From NCBI RefSeq assembly GCF_036279715.1, contig NZ_DASUIR010000029.1:6781-70780 (forward strand): a stretch of 64,000 nt of DNA, read 5' to 3'. Positions 1 to 9,551 of this stretch are shown here, piece after piece. Both the position numbers and the translations under genes were made by a program. Origin of the DNA: Cellulomonas sp. (GTDB lineage: Bacteria; Actinomycetota; Actinomycetes; Actinomycetales; Cellulomonadaceae). The first letter of the stretch is position 1; the number at the start of each line of letters is the position of its first letter. The notes beneath the pieces were generated by a model. It worked only from the letters and a program-made list of their open reading frames with translations. It did no database searches and was not told where the DNA came from.

Positions 1-246
1 CGGAGCTATGACGGCCGGCATCGCTACCGGACACCACTGCTCGGGTGGTACCTGCGGCGCGACAAGAACGTCGCGATCGGCACTGACGGCAACTACTACG
101 TGCTCGGCGTCCCCACAAGCCTGCGGGCTCAGCTGCGTGGGACGTCTGTCGTGCCACGCGATCCCCCGCTCGTCGTCGGGGCCGGGGGCAAGGACGGCGA
201 GTCGCTCGACCTCAAGGACGCGCTCGCGCGGGTGCTGAGCTCCTAG
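1..246 (+). CDS. 3' part of a conserved actinobacterial hypothetical protein (truncated by window edge)
   Basis: Frame 1 is open from base 1 to TAG at 244-246 (RSYDGRHRYRTPLLGWYLRRDKNVAIGTDGNYYVLGVP...GGKDGESLDLKDALARVLSS) with GC-rich third positions. The 8..238 ORF in the track is a shadow frame. Confidence 0.75.
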   Translation, partial: RSYDGRHRYRTPLLGWYLRRDKNVAIGTDGNYYVLGVPTSLRAQLRGTSVVPRDPPLVVGAGGKDGESLDLKDALARVLSS

Positions 247-268
247 GCGGGGCGCTGGGCCGGTCCGT

Positions 269-1081
269 TCAGCCGCGAGCGCGCCGTTCGTCGATGTCGG
301 CCCGACCGGCAAGGTCGCCGATCGCTTCCGCAACCGCGTCCGGGTCCTCGATCGCGGTCAGGTGTCCGGCATGGGGGACGACGACGAGATGCGGGGCTCT
401 GAGGGCCGCCGCCATGTGCTCGGCCGCGGCGACCGGCGCTGCGACATCCTCGTCACCCACCAGGACGAGCGATGGCCCCGCAAACCGGCGCAGCACGGGC
501 GTGCGGTCGGGACGAGCGGCCATCGCACGCTGGGACCACGCGACACCGGCTGGCGCCTGCTGCCCGATCAGAGCGCCGACCCGGTCAGCGAGCTCCGGGC
601 GCAGCGTCCGGCTCGTCTCGCCGAGCAACGCTGTCGCCATCGGGCGCACCGCGTCCACGGTCCCTGACGACTCGAGCTCGGCCGCGATCCGCAGCCGGTT
701 CGCCCGCGCCGCGTCGTCGTCCGGGGTCGATCGCGTGTCGAGCAGGCCGAGACCCGCGACGAGACCGCGATGGCGGTCCAGCAGCGCCAGCGCCACGTAC
801 CCACCCATCGACAGACCCACGACGACCGCCCGTTCGACGCCGACGGCTGCGAGGGTCTCGGCGACCGCGTCCGCCGCATCCTCGAGCGCGGGGGACGACG
901 TCCCCAGCCCTGCCGAGCCACCGAGCCCCGGCAGGTCGACGGCGAGGACGGTGCGGGCACCGGGCACGAGCGGCGCCACGTCGTCCCACATCCGCGAGTC
1001 GAGCGGGAAGGCGTGCAGCAGGACGACGGGGAGCACGTCGCGAGGACCCGTGCGGTACGTCAGGACGTTGAGGCTGGTCAT
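269..1081 (-). CDS. alpha/beta-hydrolase fold protein
   Basis: LLHAFPLD oxyanion motif, GLSMGG nucleophile elbow, GDED acid, AGHL His. ATG at 1081 overlaps the stop of the upstream gene (ATGA). Confidence 0.9.
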   Translation of the reverse strand: MTSLNVLTYRTGPRDVLPVVLLHAFPLDSRMWDDVAPLVPGARTVLAVDLPGLGGSAGLGTSSPALEDAADAVAETLAAVGVERAVVVGLSMGGYVALALLDRHRGLVAGLGLLDTRSTPDDDAARANRLRIAAELESSGTVDAVRPMATALLGETSRTLRPELADRVGALIGQQAPAGVAWSQRAMAARPDRTPVLRRFAGPSLVLVGDEDVAAPVAAAEHMAAALRAPHLVVVPHAGHLTAIEDPDAVAEAIGDLAGRADIDERRARG

Positions 1082-1881
1082 GCGGACTCCTCGGCGGGGG
1101 TGGTCACGGTTCCCGACCAGTGGGTGGGCAGCGGCAGCGGGTGCCCGGGCAGGACGTGGCCGACGATCTCGTCGAGCACGCGTCGCACGGCGGGCTCCCC
1201 CACCCACAGGTGCTTCGCCCCATCGACCCCGATGACCTCCGCGTGCCGGACCCGCGCGAACCGCGCGCGCGCCTCCTCCGGTCGCAGGTAGTCGTCGAGC
1301 TCGGGGACCAGCACGACCAGCGGCTTGCCGAACGCGTCCCACGCGTCGAGGTCGGCGTCCGTCGCGCGGTGCAACGGCGGCGACAGGAGGATCGCGCCCT
1401 CGAGCCCCGGGTCGCGCCCGTGCATCAGTGCCAGCTCGGTCCCGAAGGACCAGCCGACGAGCCAACGACGCGGGAGGTCGTGGAACTCGGCGAACTCGAT
1501 CGCGGCGTGCACGTCGAACCGCTCGCCGTCGCCCGCGTCGAAGGCGCCCTCGCTCGTGCCCCGCGGGCTCGCCGTCCCGCGGGTGTTGAACCGCAGCACC
1601 GCCAGGTCGGCGAGCGCGGGCAGACGCCACGAGGCCTTGCGCAGGACGTGGGAGTCCATGAAGCCGCCGTGCGTGGGCAGCGGGTGGAGAGTCACGAGCG
1701 TCGCCGCCGGGCGCGCGGGGCTGCCGTCGACCCCGAGCGGCCGGGCGAGCTCTCCGACCAGCGTCAGGCCGTCCGCTGTGTGCAGCTCGATGTCCTCGCG
1801 ATACGCGGGCAGGACCGTCAGCGACCTGATCTCAGCGCCGCCGGCCGGCCGTGGGTGCGGGTGAGTGCGTGGGGTGCTCAT
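1078..1881 (-). CDS. alpha/beta-hydrolase family protein
   Basis: LHPLPTHGG, RFNTRG, GWSFG elbow, ELDD, AKHLW. Start taken as MSTPRT (1881). Confidence 0.88.
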   Translation of the reverse strand: MSTPRTHPHPRPAGGAEIRSLTVLPAYREDIELHTADGLTLVGELARPLGVDGSPARPAATLVTLHPLPTHGGFMDSHVLRKASWRLPALADLAVLRFNTRGTASPRGTSEGAFDAGDGERFDVHAAIEFAEFHDLPRRWLVGWSFGTELALMHGRDPGLEGAILLSPPLHRATDADLDAWDAFGKPLVVLVPELDDYLRPEEARARFARVRHAEVIGVDGAKHLWVGEPAVRRVLDEIVGHVLPGHPLPLPTHWSGTVTTPAEESA

Positions 1882-1892
1882 CGGCATCGAGC

Positions 1893-2201
1893 CTACCGAG
1901 CGGGCCGACGACGGTCGCGGGCGGCCCAGCACGCGACGTGCCAGTGGCGCCGGTCGGCGAGCGCCGCCTCGGCACCGAACAGCCCGTCGGCCGCCCAGGC
2001 GACGACGTGCGCCGTCCCAGGTGCGATGAGCTGGTCGCACCCCGGGCAGCGGTACTCCCGGTCCGAGCCGGTCACGCGCTGCACCGTCCAGTCGCCGCCC
2101 GGTCCGCTCTCGCTGCTGCGCCCGCCACGCACGCGGTCGATGTCGAGCGGCAGGGGCTCCGCGCCGTACGGGCGCTTCGTCGACCTCCGGCTGCTCGGCA
2201 T
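1893..2201 (-). CDS. small conserved actinobacterial protein with CxxC...HxxC putative zinc finger
   Basis: YRCPGCDQLI...RRHWHVACW. GAGGAT -10-like element 7 nt before the ATG at 2201. The alternative start is 2210. Confidence 0.8.
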   Translation of the reverse strand: MPSSRRSTKRPYGAEPLPLDIDRVRGGRSSESGPGGDWTVQRVTGSDREYRCPGCDQLIAPGTAHVVAWAADGLFGAEAALADRRHWHVACWAARDRRRPAR

Positions 2202-2240
2202 GGTGTCCATCCTCCTCCGACGACGTGCGGCGGCGAACGC

Positions 2241-3695
2241 TCAGCCCAGCGTCGCTGCCGACTCGATCGTCGGGATCGCATGGGCGCGGATGAGCTCGGC
2301 GTACCAGTACGCCGAGTCCTTGGGCGTGCGCTCGAGCGTGTCGTAGTCGACGCGCACGATGCCGAACCGGCGGTCGTAGCCGTACGCCCACTCGAAGTTG
2401 TCCATGAGCGACCACACGAAGTAGCCGCGCACGTCGGCGCCGTGGTCGATGGCCTCGCCGACCGCGTCGATGTGGTCGTGCAGGTAGGACACGCGGTCGA
2501 GGTCGTGCACGCGACCGTCCGGCGACACCTCGTCGTGAAACGCCGCACCGTTCTCAGTGACCACGAGCGGCAGGCCCGGGTAGCTCTGGTGCAGGTCGAC
2601 GAGCAGCTCGGTGAGGCCCTCCGGCTCGATGTTCCAGCCCATCGCGGTGTGGGGGCCTGGCAACGGGAGCCACTCGATGTCGTCGGTCGCGGGCCAGGCG
2701 CTCAGCGCCGAGGACTTGTGGCCGTCGGGCCCCGGCGTGCCGTCCCCCGGCACGCGCACGGCGTCCGACTTCCGCACGAGCCCGGTCGCGTAGTAGTTGA
2801 CCCCGAGGACGTCGAGCGGGATCGAGATGAGGTCGAGGTCGCCCGGCTGCACGAAGGACCAGTCGGTGACCGACGCGGTGTCCTCGATGACGTCCGCGGG
2901 GTAGGCGCCGTCGAGCAGCGGTCCGAGGAAGACCCCGTTGGCGAGCCCGTCGATCCGCCGCTTCGCGTCGAGGTCCTCGGGCGAGTCGGACGCCGCGCGC
3001 GTCACGTGCAGGTTGAGCGTGATGGAGATCTGGGCGTCCGGCCCGACGACGTCGCGCACGGCGCTCCCCGCGAGCCCGTGCGCGAGGTTGAGGTGGTGCA
3101 CCGCGGCGAGTGCGTCGGCGTGGTTCTCACGACCGGGCGCGTGCACGCCTGCTGCGTAGCCGAGGTAGGCCGAGCACCACGGCTCGTTGAGGGTCGTCCA
3201 GATCTTCACGCGGTCGCCGAGCACCTCGGCAGCCTTGGCGGCGTAGTCCGCGAAGCGGTACGCAGTGTCGCGCGACGGCCAGCCACCCGCGTCCTCGAGC
3301 GCCTGCGGGAGGTCCCAGTGGTAGAGCGTGACGACGGGGTCGATTCCGGCGCCGACGAGCTGGTCGACGAGGCGGGAGTAGAAGTCCAGGCCCCGGGGGT
3401 TGAACGCACCCGAACCCGCGGGCTGGATGCGCGGCCACGCGAGCGAGAACCGGTACGCGTGCAGCCCGATCCGCTTCATGAGCGCCACGTCGTCGACCAT
3501 GCGGTGGTAGTGGTCGGCCGCCACCGCACCGGTGTCACCGTTCAGCACCTTGCCCGGCGTGCTGGAGAACGTGTCCCAGATCGACGGCCCGCGACCGTCT
3601 TCGTCGACGGCGCCCTCGACCTGGTACGAGGCGGTCGCCGAGCCCCAGAGGAAGTCGGCGGGGAACTGGCGTCCGGAGGGGCGCGCTGTCGTCAT
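2241..3695 (-). CDS. GH1 beta-glucosidase
   Basis: [14 protein letters not shown] signature, TLNEP acid/base Glu, VTENG nucleophile, [17 protein letters not shown] before the ATG at 3695. Confidence 0.96.
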   Translation of the reverse strand: MTTARPSGRQFPADFLWGSATASYQVEGAVDEDGRGPSIWDTFSSTPGKVLNGDTGAVAADHYHRMVDDVALMKRIGLHAYRFSLAWPRIQPAGSGAFNPRGLDFYSRLVDQLVGAGIDPVVTLYHWDLPQALEDAGGWPSRDTAYRFADYAAKAAEVLGDRVKIWTTLNEPWCSAYLGYAAGVHAPGRENHADALAAVHHLNLAHGLAGSAVRDVVGPDAQISITLNLHVTRAASDSPEDLDAKRRIDGLANGVFLGPLLDGAYPADVIEDTASVTDWSFVQPGDLDLISIPLDVLGVNYYATGLVRKSDAVRVPGDGTPGPDGHKSSALSAWPATDDIEWLPLPGPHTAMGWNIEPEGLTELLVDLHQSYPGLPLVVTENGAAFHDEVSPDGRVHDLDRVSYLHDHIDAVGEAIDHGADVRGYFVWSLMDNFEWAYGYDRRFGIVRVDYDTLERTPKDSAYWYAELIRAHAIPTIESAATLG

Positions 3696-3761
3696 CGGGC
3701 AGTCCTTCATGGTGGGTCAGGGGCGTCAGGCGCCGGGTTCGGCACGGCAGCCCACGTCAGA

Positions 3762-3775
3762 TCGAATCGATACGA
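3762..3775. promoter_or_regulatory. LacI-type operator-like site upstream of GH1 gene
   Basis: TCGAATCGATACGA, an imperfect palindrome matching the TCGAA-nCGn-TTCGA motif at 6306 and 11028. Confidence 0.6.
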
Positions 3776-3779
3776 TACA

Positions 3780-3817
3780 CGGCCCGGCCCGAACCCGCGA
3801 GGGTCCGACCCGGGCCG
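3780..3817 (-). terminator. stem-loop between yicI and the GH1 gene
   Basis: CGGCCCGG/CCGGGCCG outer arms and an inner ACCC-GCGA-GGGT hairpin. Confidence 0.4.
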
Positions 3818-3848
3818 TGCGACGACGCACGACGATACGCGAGCACCG

Positions 3849-6128
3849 TCAGACGGCGACGTCGACCGAGGCCTGACCGGCCTCGGCCCGAGCCTCGGCG
3901 CCACCGACCACACGCACCGACCACGGGCCCGTCGCACCGGTCGCGTCGACGCGGATATGGTCGCCGTCGCGCGCCACCGTGAACGTCGCACCCTCGGCGC
4001 CTCCCGGCCGCGGGACGGTCGTGACCGACCGGTGCCCGTCGGGGAGCTCGAACAGCTGCAGGGTCACGCCGTCGACGTAGTCGTAGTCGGGGCGGTCGGT
4101 TCGTGCGCCCACCGGGAGCACCGTGCCGGGCCGGACCAGCAGCGGCAGCGAGTCGAAGCCGTGACGCTCGTTCACCCAGCGCGGACCCGTCAGGTGCTCG
4201 CCTGTCAGGAGGTGCGTCCAGGTGCCCTCCGGCACGTAGAACGACACGTCGCCGACCGCGTTGAACACGGGGGCCACGAGCAGCGCGTCGCCGAGCATGT
4301 ACTGCGTGTCGATGCCCGCGGTCCCCCGGTCGTCGGGGAACTCGAGAATCATCGGCCGCATGACCGGCGTCCCCGCGGCGTGCGCCTCGCCGCCGACGCG
4401 CGCGAGGTAGGGCATGAGCGACAGCTTGAGCTTGGTGAACCGGCGCGTGACGTCGACGGCCTCCTCGTCGAACGCCCACGGCACGCGGTAGGAGCCGGAG
4501 CCGTGCAGACGGCTGTGCGACGACAGCAGGCCGAAGGCGAGCCACCGCTTGAACACCGCGGGGTCGGGCGTGCCCTCGAAGCCGCCGATGTCGTGGCTCC
4601 AGTAGCCGAAGCCCGACATCGCGAGCGACAGCCCACCCCGCAGCGACTCCGCCATCGACACGAACGTCGACTCGCAGTCGCCACCCCAGTGCACCGGGAA
4701 CTGCTGGCCGCCCGCAGTCGCCGAGCGGGCGAACAGCACGGCCTCGCCCTTGCCCTTCTCCTCCTCGAGCAGCTCGAAGACGGCCTTGTTGTACAGGTGC
4801 GTGTAGTAGTTGTGCATCCCCGCAGGGTTCGATCCGTCGTGCCAGACGACGTCCGTGGGGATCCGCTCGCCGAAGTCGGTCTTGAACGCGTCGACCCCCA
4901 TGTCGAGCAGGCCCTTGAGCTTGCCCTGGTACCAGGCGGTCGCCTCGGGGTTGGTGAAGTCGACGAGCCCCATGCCGGCCTGCCACAGGTTCCACTGCCA
5001 GACCGACCCGTCGGGGTTCTTCACGAGGTAGCCCAGCTCGCGTCCCTCGGCGAAGAGCGCCGAGCGCTGGGCGATGTACGGGTTGATCCACACGCAGATC
5101 TTCAGGTCCTTGGCCTTGAGCCTGGCCAGCATGCCCTCGGGGTCCGGGAACGTCGCCGGGTCCCACACGAAGTCGCACCAGTGGAACCGGCGCATCCAGA
5201 AGCAGTCGAAGTGGAACACCGACAGCGGCAGGTCGCGCTCGGCCATGCCGTCGATGAAGCGCGTGACCGTGGTCTCGTCGTAGTCGGTCGTGAACGACGT
5301 CGACAGCCACAAGCCGTACGACCACTCCGGCACCCGCGCGGGACGCCCGGTCAGCGCGGTGAGCTTGCGCAGGATGTCCTTCGGGGTCGGTCCGTAGATG
5401 ACGTAGTAGCGCAGCGACTGACCCTCGACGCTGAACTGGGCGCGCGAGACGACCTCGGTGCCGACCTCGAACGAGACCTTCTCGGGCTGGTCGACGAAGA
5501 CGCCATACCCGGCGTCGGTCAGGTAGAACGGGACGTTCTTGTACGCCTGGTCCGACGCCGTGCCGCCGTCCGCGTTCCAGATGTCGACCGTCTGGCCGTT
5601 CTTGACGAACGCCCCGAACCGCTCGCCCAGCCCGTAGACGTGCTCGCCGACTCCGAGCGTCAGCTGCTCGCGCACGAAGTGCCGTCCCACGGCATCGGTG
5701 ATCACGCCGACGCTGCGGGAGGTCGACGTCGTCAGCTGGCGGTCGCCCGCCACGAAGTCCACGTTCCACTCGCCCTCGGTCGCCACCCGCGCCGTCAGCG
5801 CACCCGATCGGAACGTCGCGACCGGTTCACCCGAGCGGTCGGGTCCGGACACCTCGACGTCGGCCGAGGCGGTCGCGAGCTCGAACCTCGGGCCCCTGTT
5901 CAACCCACCCTGGAAGTGCTCGATCGTCACCCCGACGACGTCGTCCATGGGCGAGTGGAAGGACACGGTCACGAGCGGACGGTTCAGGGTGTCACCCCGC
6001 TTCTCGAGCGGCCCGGTCGCGGCGTACACCGTGAGGGACCCCGGCTCCGCTACCACGTCGTCGACCGCCTGAGGCCGCAGGATCGTGACACCGGGCAGCA
6101 CCTGCCAGTAGCCATCGTTGAACTTCAT
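3849..6128 (-). CDS. yicI: GH31 alpha-xylosidase
   Basis: N-terminus MKFNDGYW, YGLGERFG, FHFDCFW, DAFKTDFGE nucleophile, HWGGDC. 759 aa. Confidence 0.95.
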   Translation of the reverse strand: MKFNDGYWQVLPGVTILRPQAVDDVVAEPGSLTVYAATGPLEKRGDTLNRPLVTVSFHSPMDDVVGVTIEHFQGGLNRGPRFELATASADVEVSGPDRSGEPVATFRSGALTARVATEGEWNVDFVAGDRQLTTSTSRSVGVITDAVGRHFVREQLTLGVGEHVYGLGERFGAFVKNGQTVDIWNADGGTASDQAYKNVPFYLTDAGYGVFVDQPEKVSFEVGTEVVSRAQFSVEGQSLRYYVIYGPTPKDILRKLTALTGRPARVPEWSYGLWLSTSFTTDYDETTVTRFIDGMAERDLPLSVFHFDCFWMRRFHWCDFVWDPATFPDPEGMLARLKAKDLKICVWINPYIAQRSALFAEGRELGYLVKNPDGSVWQWNLWQAGMGLVDFTNPEATAWYQGKLKGLLDMGVDAFKTDFGERIPTDVVWHDGSNPAGMHNYYTHLYNKAVFELLEEEKGKGEAVLFARSATAGGQQFPVHWGGDCESTFVSMAESLRGGLSLAMSGFGYWSHDIGGFEGTPDPAVFKRWLAFGLLSSHSRLHGSGSYRVPWAFDEEAVDVTRRFTKLKLSLMPYLARVGGEAHAAGTPVMRPMILEFPDDRGTAGIDTQYMLGDALLVAPVFNAVGDVSFYVPEGTWTHLLTGEHLTGPRWVNERHGFDSLPLLVRPGTVLPVGARTDRPDYDYVDGVTLQLFELPDGHRSVTTVPRPGGAEGATFTVARDGDHIRVDATGATGPWSVRVVGGAEARAEAGQASVDVAV

Positions 6129-6271
6129 GACGTCCTCTCGATCAGCGCGACGGCGCCCTCGGGTCCGAGGTCGACCGTGCCCGTGGTGTCAGTACCGGTG
6201 AGCAGGTCTCGATGGATGCCGGCCAGCACGACAGTGCGCTGATCGGCAGCGGGGTCGAGCAGGAACACCAC
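6125..6271 (-). pseudogene. probable relic of a GH42 beta-galactosidase C-terminal domain (48 aa)
   Basis: VVFLLDPAADQRTVVLAGIHRDLLTGTDTTGTVDLGPEGAVALIERTS resembles the FL..-DLLTG-V.L.P.G.A pattern of Glyco_hydro_42C. The stop overlaps the yicI ATG, and there is no room for the rest of a GH42 gene. Confidence 0.6.
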
Positions 6272-6305
6272 ATGCCATGGCTCTGTTCGTGTGCTCGTCC
6301 TATCA

Positions 6306-6350
6306 TCGAAGCGTTTCGACATTCTAGAGGCTCCAGGTCTGAAGTGTCCA
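6306..6350 (-). promoter_or_regulatory. sigmaA-type promoter for yicI with overlapping LacI operator
   Basis: Minus strand TGGACA(6350-6345)-N18-TAGAAT(6326-6321), followed immediately by the operator TCGAAGCGTTTCGA (6306-6319). Confidence 0.7.
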
Positions 6351-6395
6351 CGCATGCATCCCATGAAAATAGGCACCTGGTCGCGATACTCGCCG

Positions 6396-6425
6396 TCGAA
6401 CCGCTTGCGTGTCGAATCGATCCGT
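6396..6425. promoter_or_regulatory. two weaker LacI operator-like sites upstream of lacI (autoregulation)
   Basis: TCGAACCGCTTGCG (6396-6409) and TCGAATCGATCCGT (6412-6425). Confidence 0.5.
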
Positions 6426-6544
6426 CGTCCACGCCGCCAGTCCTGCTCGGGGCCAATCTCGGCGCTAAGGTAGGCGCGGAGGCGCCCAGACGCGCCCGAC
6501 GGCGGCCACCCGGCCGGACGCACGACCGAGCAGACAGGCGCACG

Positions 6545-7546
6545 GTGGCAACGATCGACGACGTGGCGAGAGCCGCTGGAGTGTCGACCTCGACGGTCTC
6601 GTACGTCCTCTCCGGAAAGCGCCCCATCTCCGCAGCGACCCGTCTCCGCGTCGAGCGGAGCATCCGCGACCTGGCCTATCGGCCGCATGCCGGCGCACGC
6701 GCACTCGCGTCGAGCCGTACGAACGTGATCGGGCTCATGGCGCCGCTGCGGGTCGACGTCAACGTCAGCGTCATCATGCAGTTCGTGACCGGCGTCGTCA
6801 CGGCGGCCCGCACCTTCGACCACGACGTGCTGCTGCTGACGCAGGACGACGCCACCGGGCTCGAACGCGTCGCCGACGGCTCGATGGTCGACGCGCTGAT
6901 CATGATGGACATCGAGGCCGACGACCCTCGCGTCCCCGTCCTCGTCGGGCTGCGCCAGCCGGCCGTGCTGATCGGCCTGCCCCGCGACTCGGCGGGCCTG
7001 TCGTGCGTCGACCTCGACTTCGACGCCGCGGGACGGGTCGCCGTGCGGCACCTCGCGCGCCTCGGGCACCGACGGATCGCCCTGATCGGTTCGCCCCGCG
7101 CGGTCCTCGAGCGCCACACGTCCTACGCGGACCGCATGCTGCGGGGGTTCACCGCCGAGTCCAGGGAGCTCGGGCTCGTCGCAGTCGCGGTGTCGTGCGA
7201 GTCGTCGCACACAGGAGCGATCGCCGCCGTCGACCAGGTCCTCGAGAGCATGCCCGACGTCACGGCTCTCGTGGTGCACAACGAGGTCGCGCTGCCAGCC
7301 GTCATCGCGACCCTGCGCGAACGCGGCCGCCGCGTCCCCGATGACATGTCCCTCGTCGCCGTGTGCCCGGAAGACGTCGCTGTCGGACAACCGCTCCCCC
7401 TCACCTCGGTGGACATCCCTGCCCACGCGATCGGACGTGTCGCCGTGGAGATGGCGATGGCTCGCGTCGAGGCCGAGCAACCGGCCGAGACGCGCTTGCT
7501 GCTCCCGGTCCTGACCGAACGCCAGAGCACCGCGCCGCTGAACTGA
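6545..7546 (+). CDS. LacI-family transcriptional regulator
   Basis: ATIDDVARAAGVSTSTVSYVLSG HTH, then a periplasmic-binding-type domain (PLTSVD). GTG start at 6545. Confidence 0.96.
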   Translation: MATIDDVARAAGVSTSTVSYVLSGKRPISAATRLRVERSIRDLAYRPHAGARALASSRTNVIGLMAPLRVDVNVSVIMQFVTGVVTAARTFDHDVLLLTQDDATGLERVADGSMVDALIMMDIEADDPRVPVLVGLRQPAVLIGLPRDSAGLSCVDLDFDAAGRVAVRHLARLGHRRIALIGSPRAVLERHTSYADRMLRGFTAESRELGLVAVAVSCESSHTGAIAAVDQVLESMPDVTALVVHNEVALPAVIATLRERGRRVPDDMSLVAVCPEDVAVGQPLPLTSVDIPAHAIGRVAVEMAMARVEAEQPAETRLLLPVLTERQSTAPLN

Positions 7547-7602
7547 ACCGCATGATCGGTCGGGCGCGGCTCGCCGAGCACGACACCCCACTCGCGGCCC
7601 CG

Positions 7603-8499
7603 CTACTTGACCGCCCCGGCCGTGATCCCCCGAGTGAGCGTGCGCTGGAAGATCAGGAAGAAGATGATCGCCGGCAGCAGGCTGATGAGCGAGCCTGCGT
7701 TGATCGTCGGTGCGTCCATGAGGCGGTCGCCCTGCAGCGACGCGAGCGCCACGGGGATCGTCTGGGTGCGGTTGTCGATGAGCATGACGAGCGGGATGAA
7801 GAACTCGTTCCACGTCCAGATGAAGAAGAAGATGACGAGCACCGACAGCGTGGGTCGGCTGATCGGGAAGACCACGCGCCACAGGACCTGCCAGCGGCTT
7901 GCGCCGTCGAGCGCCGCGGCCTCGAGGATCGACGGCGGGAAGGTGGCGAACACCGAGGACAGCAGGTAGGTGCCGAACGCGCTCTGGATCACGGTGAAGA
8001 TGATGATCACCGAGAGCTGGTTGTTGTAGAGCCCGGTGGCCTTCGCGAGGTAGTAGAGCGGGTAGATCAGCGCCTCCTGCGGCAGCATGTTCGCGAACAG
8101 GAAGATGGCGACGATCCACAGCCGGCCCCGGACGCGCCCGATGCCGAGCGCGTACGCGTTGAGCAGCGACACCACCGTCCCGAGCAGGGCGACCGCGCCG
8201 CTGATGACGATCGAGTTGACGAGCTTCTCGGGGAAGTTGACGCGGTGCCAGAAGTTCACGAGCCCATCGGTGTAGAGCTTGCTGGGCAGGCTCAGCGGAC
8301 CGTTGGCGGAGTACTCGGCGGGCGACTTGAACGCGTTGAGAACCATGATCACGAACGGCACCATCATGGCGAGCGCCACGAGCACCGTGAGCGCCAGGAT
8401 GACCCAGCGCAGCGCGCCACGGTGGAACCTGTCGCGCGGTCGGTGCGCGGCGACCGGAGCCGGACCGGCCGGGTCCAGGACGAGGATGTCAGCAGCCAT
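7603..8499 (-). CDS. carbohydrate ABC transporter permease
   Basis: Hydrophobic segments and EAA motif (ILEAAALDGASRWQV), ending LTRGITAGAVK. Confidence 0.95.
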   Translation of the reverse strand: MAADILVLDPAGPAPVAAHRPRDRFHRGALRWVILALTVLVALAMMVPFVIMVLNAFKSPAEYSANGPLSLPSKLYTDGLVNFWHRVNFPEKLVNSIVISGAVALLGTVVSLLNAYALGIGRVRGRLWIVAIFLFANMLPQEALIYPLYYLAKATGLYNNQLSVIIIFTVIQSAFGTYLLSSVFATFPPSILEAAALDGASRWQVLWRVVFPISRPTLSVLVIFFFIWTWNEFFIPLVMLIDNRTQTIPVALASLQGDRLMDAPTINAGSLISLLPAIIFFLIFQRTLTRGITAGAVK

Positions 8500-8500
8500 C

Positions 8501-9460
8501 TCAGCGGCCCTCCTTGCGCTCGCTCGCCGCTTGCGCGCGCATGAACACAGCGGCGACGACGATGACGATGAGGGTCAGGACGGTCGCGATCGACGCGCCG
8601 TAGCCGACCTGGGACTTCGGGAAGAAGTTCTGGTACGAGAAGTACGACGGCACGTTCGTGGTGTTCTCCGGGCCACCCTTGGTGAGCACGTAGATCGGGC
8701 CGAACACCTTGAGGGCCGCGATGGTGCACGTCAGCGTCACGACGAACGTCTCGGGCTTGATCTGCGGCAGGGTGATCGCCCGGAACCGGGCCATCCACCC
8801 CGCACCGTCGAGCTCGGCGGCCTCGTACAGCTCGGGGTCGACGCGCTGGAGCGCGGCCATGAAGATGACCACCGGGTAGCCGACCTGGACCCAGATCATG
8901 ACCAGCATGACGGTCGGCAGGGCCGTCTTCGTGTCCCCCAGCCAGTTGAGCGCGAGCGAGTCGAGGCCGATCCGCCGCAGGAGCACGTTCAGCGCACCGG
9001 TCTGCGGGTTGAGGATCCAGCCCCACAGGATGCCGGCGACGGCGACGGGCAGGATCTGCGGCAGGTAGTAGGTCGCCCGCAGCGTGCTCGCGACCCGGCC
9101 CGGGAACCGGCGACCCAGGTAGTCGAAGAGCACCGCGGCGAGGAGCAGGCCCAGGATGGTCGGCACCACGACCATCGCGACGATCATGGCGATCGAGTTG
9201 CGGAAGGACAGCCAGAACGTGTCGTCCTGGAGCAGCCGCGAGTAGTTCTTGAGCCCGATCCACTTCGGGTCACCGATGCCGGCCCACTTCGTCATGCTGA
9301 AGTAGAGGTTCATGACGAACGGGACGAGGATCACCCCGACGAACAGGACCCCGCCGGGCAGCAGGTAGGGCCAGTAGCTGAGCTGCCCGCCCCCCTTGCG
9401 TCGTCGGCGGGTCCTCGCACCGCCGGACGCCTGTGTCGGCGCCTGCACCGTTGTCGTCAT
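8501..9460 (-). CDS. carbohydrate ABC transporter permease
   Basis: EAA motif (LYEAAELDGAG), multiple TM segments. Start MTTTVQ at 9460. Confidence 0.95.
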   Translation of the reverse strand: MTTTVQAPTQASGGARTRRRRKGGGQLSYWPYLLPGGVLFVGVILVPFVMNLYFSMTKWAGIGDPKWIGLKNYSRLLQDDTFWLSFRNSIAMIVAMVVVPTILGLLLAAVLFDYLGRRFPGRVASTLRATYYLPQILPVAVAGILWGWILNPQTGALNVLLRRIGLDSLALNWLGDTKTALPTVMLVMIWVQVGYPVVIFMAALQRVDPELYEAAELDGAGWMARFRAITLPQIKPETFVVTLTCTIAALKVFGPIYVLTKGGPENTTNVPSYFSYQNFFPKSQVGYGASIATVLTLIVIVVAAVFMRAQAASERKEGR

Positions 9461-9504
9461 GTCGCTCGTCCCTCTCGGTCTGGTCCCAGGTGCGCTGGTG
9501 CGCT

Positions 9505-9534
9505 GGTGGCGCCGACCCGAGGGTCGGCGCCACC
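9505..9534. terminator. perfect intercistronic hairpin between binding-protein and permease genes
   Basis: GGTGGCGCCGACCC-GA-GGGTCGGCGCCACC, a 14-bp perfect inverted repeat. Confidence 0.75.
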
Positions 9535-9551
9535 CGTGCACAGGTGCGGTG

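Noticed and set aside
1851-6242. 1463-aa plus-strand ORF and other long antisense ORFs (12718-15399, 37310-40903, 53777-55924 etc.)
   Set aside because: Shadow frames of real genes. High GC3 suppresses stops on the opposite strand, and the translations are Arg/Pro/Gly-rich with no domain motifs.
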